From Octopus bimaculoides (Eukaryota): a stretch of 64,000 bases of DNA. The stretch lies in assembly GCF_001194135.2 (NCBI RefSeq), contig NC_068983.1, positions 142,907,479-142,971,478 on the forward strand. Direction: 5' to 3'. The notes beneath the pieces were generated by a model. That model did no database searches, was not told the origin of the DNA, and saw nothing but the letters and a program-made list of their open reading frames with translations. Both the position numbers and the translations under genes were made by a program. Position 1 is the stretch's first letter. Each line of letters starts with the position of its first letter. Positions 25,486 to 38,030 of this stretch are shown in pieces.

Positions 25486-27179
25486 GATGTCAGCCTTATG
25501 GAATCAATAAAAGAATTTTTATATATTTGTGTCAAGTGAGTTGATTCAGTAAAAGAGTTTCTTTCATATTGAGAAATTATTTTTCAAAATGATGAAAATG
25601 ATTTTGATATAGGAAGAGATAAAAATCAAAAGTAACAGATATCCAAAATGAAAACTACTATGACAAAAACAGCAACACTGTCAATAATGATTAATTTAAT
25701 TTGATAATTGTACTCTATTATTTATTTTTAGAGTTTAATTTATCATCAAACCACCTAATCCATTCTTCTACCCACCTCGTAGCTTCCTCTCCAACTTTTT
25801 ACTACTCAGCTGCAATCTTAAATTCTACTTGACCATATTATATTTGATTTTCTTTAATTGTGGCAGCTAATGGAACTTAGTAAAAAAGTTTTTCTGAATG
25901 TGAGAAAATTCTCACCTGCCATTTCCAGTCTTAATATTATTGACTCTTTTGTTAGAAATGGAACCTTTTTTTTCTATCAACTATCAGCGATATCTCCTTC
26001 ATTCTCCTTTCCCTCCTGACCACTATTATTGCTGTATTTTGTCATCAGGATCTGAAGCATGTTTAGGGTGAATAGTTTATTCACTATGACAAGAGAAAAC
26101 AATGAGCTGCTGCTGTATCAGCATTCAAACTTATTTTGTGGCCTGGTTAAATTGCTGGGGTTTTCTCAATTGAAATGCAAGCTATACATCTTTTATGAGC
26201 TTGAATTAGATGAGACAAAAATATAATATATTTACTTCTCAGAGTGGCAATATCTTTCCAGCTGTTCTTTTGTCTTGAAGTCCTGGTAGCCATTATAATA
26301 AAAAGGTCAATATTGTTAAAAATAATTGAATAATTGACAAGTAACCAGGTGATCATCTCTTATTATGCTCAAAGGGTTTCATTTAATAATTATTTAAGCA
26401 ATTAGTACTTGCCATTTCATTAAAGATACTTCAAATAAACTTTGACATTTCTGTCAATGCAGGCTATATCAATAGTTTCCTCAGACTAATTTTTTTCCTC
26501 TTCATGAAATACACTGACTGAAATTGTTTCCAAACAAGAACTTGTTAGCAACAATGACAGAAATTAATACAACCAGCCTGAAACTAATTTGAACTTAATA
26601 ATTTAAAATAAACTATATACCAAATATGCATGTGTTACTTTGGGTGCAACAACACTCTGTGTGCATGTATATCCATTCCTGAGCAGATAGGAATATGCAT
26701 GTGTATAAACATGGGAAATATGTCTGAAGAAATGTTTTTATCTGTGGAAGGAAATGATGACAATATTACTGTTGATTATGACAGGGCAATATGAAGGCAT
26801 ATCACTCAGTGGTTAGAGTGTTGGGTTCACAATCATGAGGTAGTGAGTTTCATTCCTGGACTGGGCTGTTTTTTGTGTTCTTGTAATTAACTTGCCTCTC
26901 TCTCTCAGAATTGTTGACCTTGTGCCAAAATTTGAAATCAATATTACATATGTAATATCTATTCAACTCATTTTATTCAGCCTCTACATAGCTTCGTCAT
27001 TCAATGCTTGTGTCTCACTATAATGCAATATCAAACATGCTTGGTGAAGTTTGTCTCAGTGGCAAGTGTAGAGAAACCATTGGTTTTTGCTTAAAGGTGG
27101 TTATCACAAATACATTCATGATAGCCACCTCATATAATCAAAACAATTTAACATCCATTTTCCATACTGACATGGATTG

Positions 27180-28370
27180 ATTGGTTTGACAGGATCCGAT
27201 GTGCTGGAGGACCATGTTGTGCTCCAGTGTCTGTTTTGGCATGGTTTCTGCAGCTGGACGCCCTTCCTGATGTCATCCACTTTACAAACTATACAGGGTG
27301 CTTTTTCTTAGCACCAGCATTGGGTGGGGGTCCTTGCAGTTTGTAGGGGCCCTTATAACTGAAAGCGAAGTGAAGAGAGGTTGCTGTAATTCTTGGTGGA
27401 GTGATGAGAGAGAAGGAAGTATCATGAGAGTAATAGATTTATAGTTGTGAGAGGATGGTACTGGAGGTGGACTGTAGAAGGGACAGGCAAAAGGGAAAGG
27501 ATTAATGTCAAGGGTTAGTGATAAAGTGGGGAACTGAGAGGCAAGATTGATGAGGGGGATTGTGGAGGGGATCCATGGCTTTACCACATTATAAGGATGA
27601 GTATGGATGGAAGATGTGAGGAGAAGGGAACATGGAGAAAAATAGATAAGAGTGGTGAGGATTTAGAGTAGCCACTGAAATAAAGAGAGATGATGAAATC
27701 ATAGGGGTAGGCCAAAGAGGGAGAAGTGGGAGGGTGTGGAGGAGGTAGAGAAGTTGTGGGGGAAGGACAGTGAGAGAAAACAAGGCTGAGGGAGCAGTGG
27801 ATGAGTGCAGTGACAGTAGTGAAAGAAAGAATGGCTGAAGGGTACAATAGAAGTAGGGGGAAGAACAGAGCATGAATGCAGAGAAAGTATTACAAGTGAG
27901 GAGGCTGTGGAGAGAGCAAGTTAAGAAAAAAGGCAGTGGGAGCAGAAAAGACTAGAGAGCAGCCTAGACATAGGGAGAGTAAAGGGTGAATGCAATGAGA
28001 GCGAGATTGGAAGGTGGGGGTGCAGTGAGAGAATGAAAAACTAGAGGGCATCAAAGAGGTGGGGTGGAATAGAGGAAGAAAGTAGTGAAATCATCCTTTG
28101 TGGGGAGTCTGAAAAGATAGGCAAGGAAAAGCAGAGAACAAACGCAATGAAAGCATCCCATGTAGGGAGACTGAAGGTAGTGGACGTGGAGAGACAGAGA
28201 TGTGCATGAATGCAGCAAAAGCCATCAACACTCCCCTTGTTAGCATTCTTTGTGCTACGCTTGTTTGAGAGTGAGTTTCCTCCAGTACAGCATGTCACCA
28301 AACAATGAGTTCCTACCTGCTCTCTTTGTAAATATTTATTAAGGCTTTTCCTCTTTTTGTACTCTTTGTT
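27180..28370 (-). mobile_element. Old RTE-like LINE 3' end with long purine-rich (sense pyrimidine-rich) spacer
   Basis: RTE tail motif ggacgcccttcctga at about 27255, GA-rich tract 27330-28130, and a degenerate ORF2-like end (LFGDML) beyond it. Confidence 0.45.
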
Positions 28371-28599
28371 CATTCATTTAACATCTGTTTTCCATGAGGT
28401 TAGATAGGGAGTTATTTGAGACTGGATTTTAAGGTGAGATACTCATCCTATTGTCAAGCCTTGCCTGCTTTTCAAGTAATGGACTTTTGTTGTTGTAGAA
28501 AGTGCAGAGTGATCAGTCTCAGTGTCAACAAGGAATGTTGATAGTCAAACATTTGTGCACACTACACATGCACACACATGTACATGCACATGTGAGCAT

Positions 28600-28755
28600 G
28601 TACACATACATGCATGCACACACACTGGTTTCTTGCAGTTTCTGTCCACTAAATTCACTCGCAAGGTTTTCATTGTTCAAGATACATGTTGGAACCAAAC
28701 CTGAAATCACATGGTTGTGCAGTGAACTTCTTTACCATTCAGCCATGTCTGTGCC
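28600..28755 (-). mobile_element. tRNA-derived SINE remnant
   Basis: catggttgtgcagtgaacttctttaccattcagccatgtctgtgcc is the reverse complement of a tRNA-like head. Confidence 0.6.
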
Positions 28756-31700
28756 TATCATATCATAAACAACATTTAGGATTGTTATGTGACTAATTAG
28801 CATTGTTTTTATTTTATTTTATTTGTTTATACATATAATTGGAGTTACATAGTGAAACCTGAACTCTTTGACTAGCTGAATCAATCAGCCTATCATTCAA
28901 AGGGTCAATGGTTCATATTCCATCACTGGCTTTAGACTAACCATGCAAAATATATTTAAATCACAATGACTATTATTAAACACTAAATATGCAGCACTGG
29001 AGATACAGCTAACCCCTATAACCAACAAAGGAGTTGCACAGTTGATGGATATTACTGTCCTATCAAAGGAGAAATGTATTTCTGATTTACTAAAAACTTA
29101 AGAACACAATCGATGGATTGTTAAGATTCATATCAAGATTAACTCCACTTGTCAAAAGACCAGTATTGATTGCATGCCCATTTATGATTTATTAAAATCA
29201 CATAATCTAATTAAGATAAAACATATAAATAAAACAAAAGTACAAAATTTCAAACCTGATTTCATAAATCTGGGACAGGTACCTTATCACTTTTTTTTAT
29301 CACAAGTTTTTATTTAAAAGAAATTTTTTTTACACATATAAACAATATTAAAAGGCTTTAAAAATTGTTTATTGATTTCAAAAAAAGGTGTTTTAAAATC
29401 TGTTAAGTTATATTGAAATACAAATTGGCAACACTAAATTGATTCTCTATAAAGTAACAAATATGAAAGAACACTATCTTCATTTTGTTTGGTTACCTTT
29501 TGTGAAGCGATCACTTAAGATAATTATTAGGTATAAAGCCAGCAACTTTACAAAAGAAATCCTTTTTCATAAAAAGAGCATTGATGGTATTTTAGGTTTT
29601 AGTGGAATATATGATTACTAGCAAAGTAGTAGTTGCTCACATCAATATATGTATAAATTGTCGAACGTTTTATCAAAATACTTAATAAATTAAAGGCTAT
29701 AGAGAAATAATACTGTCAAATATATTGAAATTTTAAGCTTTTATATTAAAATCAATATGAACATGATTTTATAAATTTCACTTAATAGCAAAAAAATAAT
29801 AAATTGTTGAATATTAAATTATTACATTTATGATATTTTGTATAATTTTTTTTAATAACTAGAGTAACAAAGACAAGTATTATTATGTTAAGTTGGAGTT
29901 GGTAGATTTAAATGATATTAACATTATAATTACCAGGTTGAGATATAAAAACAACAACTGGGACGTGAACTGCATTTCTTTTGCTTGTCAAGTGATAAAT
30001 GACATTATCAGTTTATATAAAAAGGTGGCTGTTATTTTCTTTCTTTCAATTAGGTATTATAACCATGGAACTATTTGTAAGTAAATAAAATACTTTTCCA
30101 GGTAAAATGATTGTTAAAATAGCAAAAGAAATCATAAGATAGTAACTAATTTGAGAAGGAAAAGGTAGATATTCTGTAGTGTGATAATGTGGTTGTCCAA
30201 TAAGATGATACATGATTCCCATTGGTTTTTTTTTCTTTTTTTTTGTTTGTTTCAAGTGGGTATTCATAATGTCTAATATCAGTTTTAGTAAAATATTAGA
30301 GGTTAATTCATTAAAAAAAATCTCTTTAACTGTTTATAGGGATCATTTTAATAACAAAATATCAAGTAGATAAAATACTAAACTAACAGTGTATGGAAAG
30401 CTGCAGATAGCCAAATTCATGCAAGAGGTCAGTGGTCTGTATCTTGATACCTAGATTGTGTCAAATTTAAGGAAACCTCTACATAGTTGCTTGATAATGA
30501 AAATTAGCAGCCAAATCTCCTTCATATCACTCACTTTAAAAAGGAAGATCCACTGCAGTTCTAATTACACTTTGTTCAATTAAAAGATGGGATAGTCATG
30601 ACTAGAATGCCTTTGGCCATAATCTGTACAATCAGTATTGACCTGGAGTTGAACAGTAACTTAGCTCCCAGTAACTGAATCTATCTGGTTGTGAGAATAG
30701 ACTGCAATGGTATAATTCACAATACAATGTGAGCAGAATAACACCAGAACTTGCAGTGTTGGCTTGTAGTGCTGAATTCAGTTTCTCTCACAGAAAAAGT
30801 TATATTTGTAACAGTCTAGCATCCTATCAAGGAGAAAGAAAGGACTCATTAAGAGGAACACTAAATTAACAGGAAATTGATAAATAGCTTGGTAGTTTAT
30901 GCGTTCAAAATCAAATTCTTTTACGTGAGAAGATATTCAGTGTTTAATAGAGTATATAAATTATAAACTTTGTCATGTCACAAGAAATAAACAGTAATTT
31001 TGTTACTTTATATTCTGAGTTTAGTAACTTTGTCTTTCATCTTTCTAAGACTGGCTTTAATAATTTATAGATTTATTCCTATGTTCAAAATCAATATAAT
31101 ATATAAATGATAGCAATTATCAAACTAAATACAGAAATAGATTACTTAAATCCAGTGATGAATCAAACCTAACTTCAACATGACAATTTTTGCACCCATT
31201 TAATAACAAGAAGAGGAAAAGTTGCTTTCTTTTGTCTTCATTATTATTTTGCTCTGATTGACTGTTGATAAAATTGATTTTGTATTGACATACTCATGAA
31301 ACCTTACCATTCATAGAGACAATTTACGCTTTTTTTCTCTCATCACAGTATGTCCGACACTAAAGACACCTCTAATAATCACTAGAATTTTAAGATTAGT
31401 GTTGCATTGGTAAGAGTCAATGTTGTAGAGATATGTTATTACCTTGAAGGGAGTAAATATATATTTCAAACAGATTACTTTATTGAAAATGCAGAGTACA
31501 TTATATTCTATACTCTGAAATTCTCTACAATCAATAGTTTCTCTCTGTTATTGCAGTGATCCCTGACTGCTACTACAATTGTTTCAGCTCATCTGAGCTT
31601 ATTGATTTTATGTTACCTTTTACACTCACTCAAATATGCCCACATTTTCTCATCCTGTCATTTCAACTATAATCTTGAAGCTACATAAATCTTCCTTGCC

Positions 31701-33179
31701 CAATGGAAAGCAATGAAGTGAAGTATATTGGTGTAATGTGAAAATAAAAAAATATAATAATTTAGGCGAGGCTCTTCTCTTCAAAATAAATGTACCCAGA
31801 TATTTCTACTTTTCAGGACACTCAAAATCATACTTCATTTTTTGTTGTTTCTTTTTGAAGACATGACAATGTATTCTAATAGTTTCCTGAGATTTTTGAT
31901 GGGATTATCTTCATTTTTTACTCAGAACTATATTCCTCAACCCCTGATTTAATTTTCCCTTCAGTTTTTTTTATATTTTCATTAGACAATTTACATAGAA
32001 CTGTAACTGTACTAATATGACACAGCTAACTGTACACTCCAATCTGGATTTCCATAGAAAAGATTTAGGTACTTCTACTGCTCTTCTTTAGATTAATCCC
32101 TCACAAATCAAGAAAGGGGAGGAAGTAACTATTAGATTATTGCCAAGATTAGTGGGTGCTGACATGGGTGATTATTTGAAAAAATTATCTAAATACCCAC
32201 CACATGTTGAAAATATACCAGTCTGAAGATAGAGAATAAAATATATTCATCAAATATAATCTTACCCCATGAAGTATCCAAAAAAGATTCAGGGAGAAAG
32301 TAATTTCCTTTTTATTGTCAACATACCCAAATCATTATGCCTTCTTTTTTTATTTGTGACATCTTTCTTTTGTTGTTCTTCCCCACTCCCAGTCTCTTGT
32401 GTTCTTTGTCCTCTTACCATCCTCATTTGCACATAACACAATCTCATTGTATAAACATGCGTTCTCACTTCTCTCTGTCTGGTACATTTTCTCTTTATTA
32501 CTATTATTTTGTTTTCTCTTTCTATTCTATTACTGTTTTTTTATCCTTTTCTTCAAATTTCATGTTTACTTTATTTCAGTGTTCCATCATTATATAGGAT
32601 GGGTTTTGTCTGGGCTGTAACTTATTCATTCTAACACTGAACCGATCAAAGTCTTCATTATTTCTTCTTTTTATGCAGCTGTAAGAATTTGATTCTTAGA
32701 GATATACTCTAGAGTTTTACACTTGCAGTGTTTTTTTTTCTTTTAATATTTATTTTATATGTATGTGAGAAGCCTAAAGCTTGGCCATCACTCACAAGCA
32801 AATTTAATCTGATAGTCTAATCATGTTTTCACTAATTATTTTAGGTGCCTATGTAATTGCAAGCATTACAGACACCCTTTTGGCCCACTCATCTCGATCC
32901 AGCTAAACAATCAGGACGTGAACAGTTGGAGGGTGAAAAGATGGTACCAGCACTCAGCTGATGTTTATTTTCAACTGAGTTGAATGGATACATTAAAAAG
33001 CAAAATGCTCTGCTCAAGCCCATAGCTGGTACTTGGTCTAAAAAACAAACTCATGACCTTATGATCGTGAGCTCAAGACCCTAACTACTAAACCATGTAC
33101 TCAATCATTTCTTTACATTTGTGAGATCATATCACGGATTAACAATCCCTAGAACTACCACCTCTTTCATATTTGCTTT

Positions 33180-33530
33180 GGAATATTCTTTTTCTGGTTT
33201 CAGTCATTGGATTGTGTGGGTATGCTGGGACATTGTCATCAAGTGTTTTTAGTTAATCATATCAAACCCAGCATTTATTTTGTCTTATGCTTATCGGTAT
33301 TTATTTCTTAGCTTGTCCACTTGACACACTAGTTTACACTTGTTAACATAAACAGACACATATACATGCATACATGATACATTGTGTGTGAGTGTATATG
33401 TATATGTACTAAATGCTGGTCAAAAGCATTGGTTCATCTAATGTAGAAGATATCTGCCCAAGGTGTTGCACAGTGGAATTGAACCAGAGGCTACTGACTG
33501 TAAAGTGAACTTCTGAACCACATGGCTCTG
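33180..33530 (-). mobile_element. tRNA-derived SINE remnant
   Basis: tgcccaaggtgttgcacagtggaattgaacc...ttctgaaccacatggc; same family as 52885-53060. Confidence 0.6.
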
Positions 33531-34679
33531 CTTGAATCTAGATGTATCTCTTTTTTTTTTATACTAAGTATAAATGTTTTTTTTTGTGTTTCTAAATCTC
33601 AGTCAATATTTTCTCCAGATATATCCACACAGATAGGGATAGGATTGACTCCTAGATCCTTATTTCTAATTCAGGATTTCAAGGACCTTGTCCTCTGTGC
33701 AGGCAAAACAATAATAGACATGTTACTGAATTAGTAAAATAGAAATTGTTTGCTTCCTTATAATAATACAAGAAAAGTTGTTTTTAGTATTTAACCCCAT
33801 AATAACTGATCCAGCAGAGCTTGGGGTCAAAGGCGTTCTAACCATGCACAGCTTATCTTTTTTCCTGGTACAATGTATCTAGGATTACAGAATCCAATGT
33901 GCATTTCCTTTTTTAATATGATAACATTGAAGGAACTTTTGCTGCTGTTTCTAACATGTTGAATAACTATGTAAAGATTCTTTGGCTTAAAGAGAAGGAT
34001 TACCATTATTTAGATAAATTTTATGGGTAAAATTTTTGTAAAAATTTTTATAGCAATGGATTTAATGTGGAATAAAAAACAATTATATTGAATCTAGAAC
34101 AAAAAGTTGTGAAAAGTATCACATTTTTGTAATGCTTAAGTGACACTTACAATGGAATACTGCTTATATGTGGGTTGATGCTGCTGCTATACGTACAAAT
34201 AACTTAGAACACACTCAAAGAAGGACATGCAAAATATAGTGACCTCTAGCTATACCTGTCTCCTCACTATACCTATTCTACTGCTACTTCAACAGCCTCT
34301 GCTTTTGAGAACTAGTAAATTACATACTGCTTCTACAGAGGACTACCTGAGACACATTTGTCATCACTTGTTCTGAATCTTGATGACCCCAAGTCCTTAC
34401 TAAGTACTGTTCCCAATCTTTTCTTTCCAGAATGTTACTTCTCTGGAATTCCTTTCTAGCTTCTATGTTTTTACTACAGACATAAACTTGGCCATGTGTA
34501 CTTAATGAAATATACTGTCAATGTTTCAGTTTTAATATTTTTTTAAAAATAACCAGGAATTCAAAGGGTTTTAGTGAAAGATAAAAAGAAAAAGAAAAAA
34601 ACTTTCTGCATTATTAACCTGCCATTTAGGACATTACTTAACAAATGGTTCTAACATAAAATTATGACACATGACTTAA

Positions 34680-35725
34680 ATCATCATCATCATCATCATC
34701 GTCGTTTAACGTCCGCTTTCCATGCTAGCATGGGTTGGACGATTTGACTGAGGACTGGTGAAACCGGATGGCAACACCAGGCTCCATCTAATTTGGCAGA
34801 GTTTCTACAGCTGGATGCCCTTCCTAACGCCAACCACTCAGAGAGTGTAGTGGGTGCTTTTACGTGTCACCCGCATGAAGGCCAGTCAGGCGGTACTGGC
34901 AACGGCCATGCTTGAAATGGTGTCTTTTATGTGCCACCCGCACAAGAGCCAGTCCAGAGGCACTGACAACGATCTCGCTCGAAAACNNNNNNNNNNNNNN
35001 NNNNNNNNNNNNNNNNNNNNNNNNNNNNNNNNNNNNNNNNNNNNNNNNNNNNNNNNNNNNNNNNNNNNNNNNNNNNNNNNNNNNNNNNNNNNNNNNNNNN
35101 NNNNNNNNNNNNNNNNNNNNNNNNNNNNNNNNNNNNNNNNNNNNNNNNNNNNNNNNNNNNNNNNNNNNNNNNNNNNNNNNNNNNNNNNNNNNNNNNNNNN
35201 NNNNNNNNNNNNNNNNNNNNNNNNNNNNNNNNNNNNNNNNNNNNNNNNNNNNNNNNNNNNNNNNNNNNNNNNNNNNNNNNNNNNNNNNNNNNNNNNNNNN
35301 NNNNNNNNNNNNNNNNNNNNNNNNNNNNNNNNNNNNNNNNNNNNNNNNNNNNNNNNNNNNNNNNNNNNNNNNNNNNNNNNNNNNNNNCGTCTCTCTTGCA
35401 CACCACAACTGATGCTTCTTATGTTCAGCTTTTCTCTCAAGATACTTACACTCTGACGGGTATGCACATTGACATTACACATTCAGCGGAGCATACTGGC
35501 TTCATTCCTTGCGAGCTTACGCATGTCCTCAGCAGTCACAGCCCATGTTTCACTGCCATGTAGCATGGTTGTTTGTACACATGCGTCATACAGTCTGCCT
35601 TTTACTCTGAGTGAGAGTCCCTTTGTCGCCAGCAGAGGTAAGAGCTCTCTAAACTTTGCCCAGGCTATTCTTATTCTAGCAGCTACACTTTCAGTGCACC
35701 CGCCCCCACAACACTTTAAAACAAA
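34680..35725 (-). mobile_element. Young RTE LINE 3' portion (ORF2 C-terminus plus tandem-repeat 3' UTR), interrupted by a gap
   Basis: Minus strand reads GGGCTESVAARIRIAWAKFRELLPLLATKGLSLRVKGRLYDACVQTTMLHGSETWAVTAEDMRKLARNEASMLR*MCNV, followed by the tail and (atg)n. Confidence 0.92.
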
Positions 35726-36552
35726 CTGTTCCGTGCCATTGAACCAGGAGTGATCTCAGGCAGATTGATGTTGGAATGGTTAAAGATGTTCAAACTGAAA
35801 AGTAACCATATCAATTTTACCAGTTTTGGAAGGCTTGCTAAGGTTATTAAGAACTGCCTGTTCCTTTCAATTATCAAATCATTAAAAAGTATAGGAAATG
35901 CTTGTAAAAAATTTTTTTCGTTAATACAAAATAGTTCAAAATTTCTTTTTAATAGAGCATATTTTATCAATTTAGTTAGAAATAAAATTATTTAAAATTT
36001 ATTACCCATGAATATTGTAGTTCATAAACTGCTGATGCAATTAGATAATAAACATATTTTTAAATGCACAAAGCATTTATAAGTTTTCCCATGTGCTTTG
36101 AGATAAGATTTTATGGAAGATCCATCATTTTCTTGCAAAGTAATTACATGGTTATACAAAAGATAGTAAACTAGTTTCTTTTGTAGATAAATAACTTTCT
36201 GGTTTAACTCACTAAGGAGTTGCATGTTACCTACTGTTCTAATCTTAAACCCCTTTGCTGCAGCACATTTATAAGACAATCTACAACAATCAAAACAAAA
36301 CCAAAAGAAAAAACAGCTAAATAAACAAATTGTAGAGTAATACTTTCATATATGAATAATATTGAAGCCATTCTTGATATTTCTTATTGTTTTGGCAGTT
36401 TATGGTCTTTCATGCACTTATATGTTCATTAGTATTGTTTCAATTAACATTCTAGTTGATTGAACAGCAAATATTCAAATAAATGGAAAAATACAAAAAA
36501 ATATATATATATCTACAGTTCTATATTTAAGAGATGAGGAATTCTGTACAAT

Positions 36553-36669
36553 ATTTACACTATTTACATTATTTACATTCGACTGATATTTGTCCTCATC
36601 TTGTTTGTTGTTAACACAACGATTCCAAGCAGTGACCTGAACACTAATAATAATAATAATTATAATAAT

Positions 36670-36712
<43 letters not shown>

Positions 36713-36858
36713 TCGAAAAATACCTTAGGAATGAGAACCCAAGTTCTAAATTTTCCCAAAACACCTCAAGAAGGCTGGAGGGTATATCAGCCAAAACGTG
36801 TTAACAACAAACAAAATGAGGACAAATATCTGTCGAATGTAAATAATGTAAATAATGT
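36553..36858. repeat. Inverted repeat (arms about 65 bp) of a Penelope-like terminus around an (AAT)n spacer
   Basis: 36553-36621 is the reverse complement of 36797-36858 with few mismatches; (AAT)n at about 36646-36710. Confidence 0.85.
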
Positions 36859-37410
36859 CAAAAATATCTGTTAATAATGTGTGCATCTTCATGTATATGT
36901 GTGTGTGTGTGTGTGTATTGATTGAAAGGGGAAGTGTAGATAGAAGGAATGGGGAGAACTAAACTGGAATCAAATCTACATCTTTGCTAGTAGCATATTA
37001 CCAATTTGCTACCATATATATGAGATCTGAAAAGGCTACTCAGAAGGCCTCCATGATGATGGAAAGATGATTTAGATGATTGAGTTAAACAATTTGGGCC
37101 AAGAGGGAAAAAAAGGTTGCAATCGAAAAAGAAATGGAAATGCATTGTATAACAACATCTGACAGTCTGTTTGATACAGTGATGTATGTGGGTGTATATA
37201 TATATATGAATCAAACAGTTTGATTCAAATTCCTTGGTACTTCGAGTTTCAAGCGTGATGTCTGTCTTCAGTCATTGGAATTAGAATGAGATGTTAATAG
37301 GAGAAAGTCACTGTTTATTACTGGGTGTTAGCCTGCAATTGGTCGAGAAGGTCACACAGTGTCACAGTTTGATGTTGGCATTTCAGGGACAACAATTACT
37401 TGGAAAATGC

Positions 37411-37453
<43 letters not shown>

Positions 37454-37914
37454 TTCAACCACGGTAGTGGTTGAATATATTCTTAAGTCCATCAGTTCGT
37501 CAATCACAGTAGCTTCCAAGTTTCACCACTAATTCAGTTCTCAACCTAAATTACAAAAAAAGAGGACATCTCCTCAGCTACACTTTGGCATAAATAGTTT
37601 GAGATTTGGTTCAGTAGTAAAAAAGTTACATCAAAATATCTGTGACCTCAAGGGGGGCAGTAAGGCACTTATTCATCTTCAATTAACATAAATTTTATTT
37701 TAAAATAAAAGTATACTTTTCTTAGGTTTAAATAATAGAAAAATGCATGAGGAATTCAGAACTGTTAGTTGCATTGAACAAAAATTAGTAGAAAAAAAGT
37801 TATGAGGTGAAATGTAATGAAATTTATTGTCAGTAAGTGAGGAAGTAAGAAGTAATGCCCCAAGCTATAATGTTAAGATAAGAATATATTGCTAAAATGA
37901 ATATTTACATCATA

Positions 37915-38030
37915 ATGTGGTGAGTTGGCAGAAACATTAGCGCACTGGGTGAAATGCTTGGAGTTATATTGTCTGTCTTTTCGTTCTGAGTTCAAATTCC
38001 ATCAAGGTTGACTTTACCTTTCATTTATTT
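37915..38030 (+). mobile_element. tRNA-derived SINE (5' part)
   Basis: ggtgagttggcagaaacattagc...gagttcaaattcc. Confidence 0.7.

Noticed and set aside
32092-32226. INPSQIKKGEEVTIRLL... open frame
   Set aside because: It lies in or next to a region with minus-strand KYLG-type LINE remnants; no supporting evidence for an exon.
36022-36279. 85-aa minus-strand ORF with a T-rich acceptor
   Set aside because: No recognisable homology or partner exons; within chance expectation.
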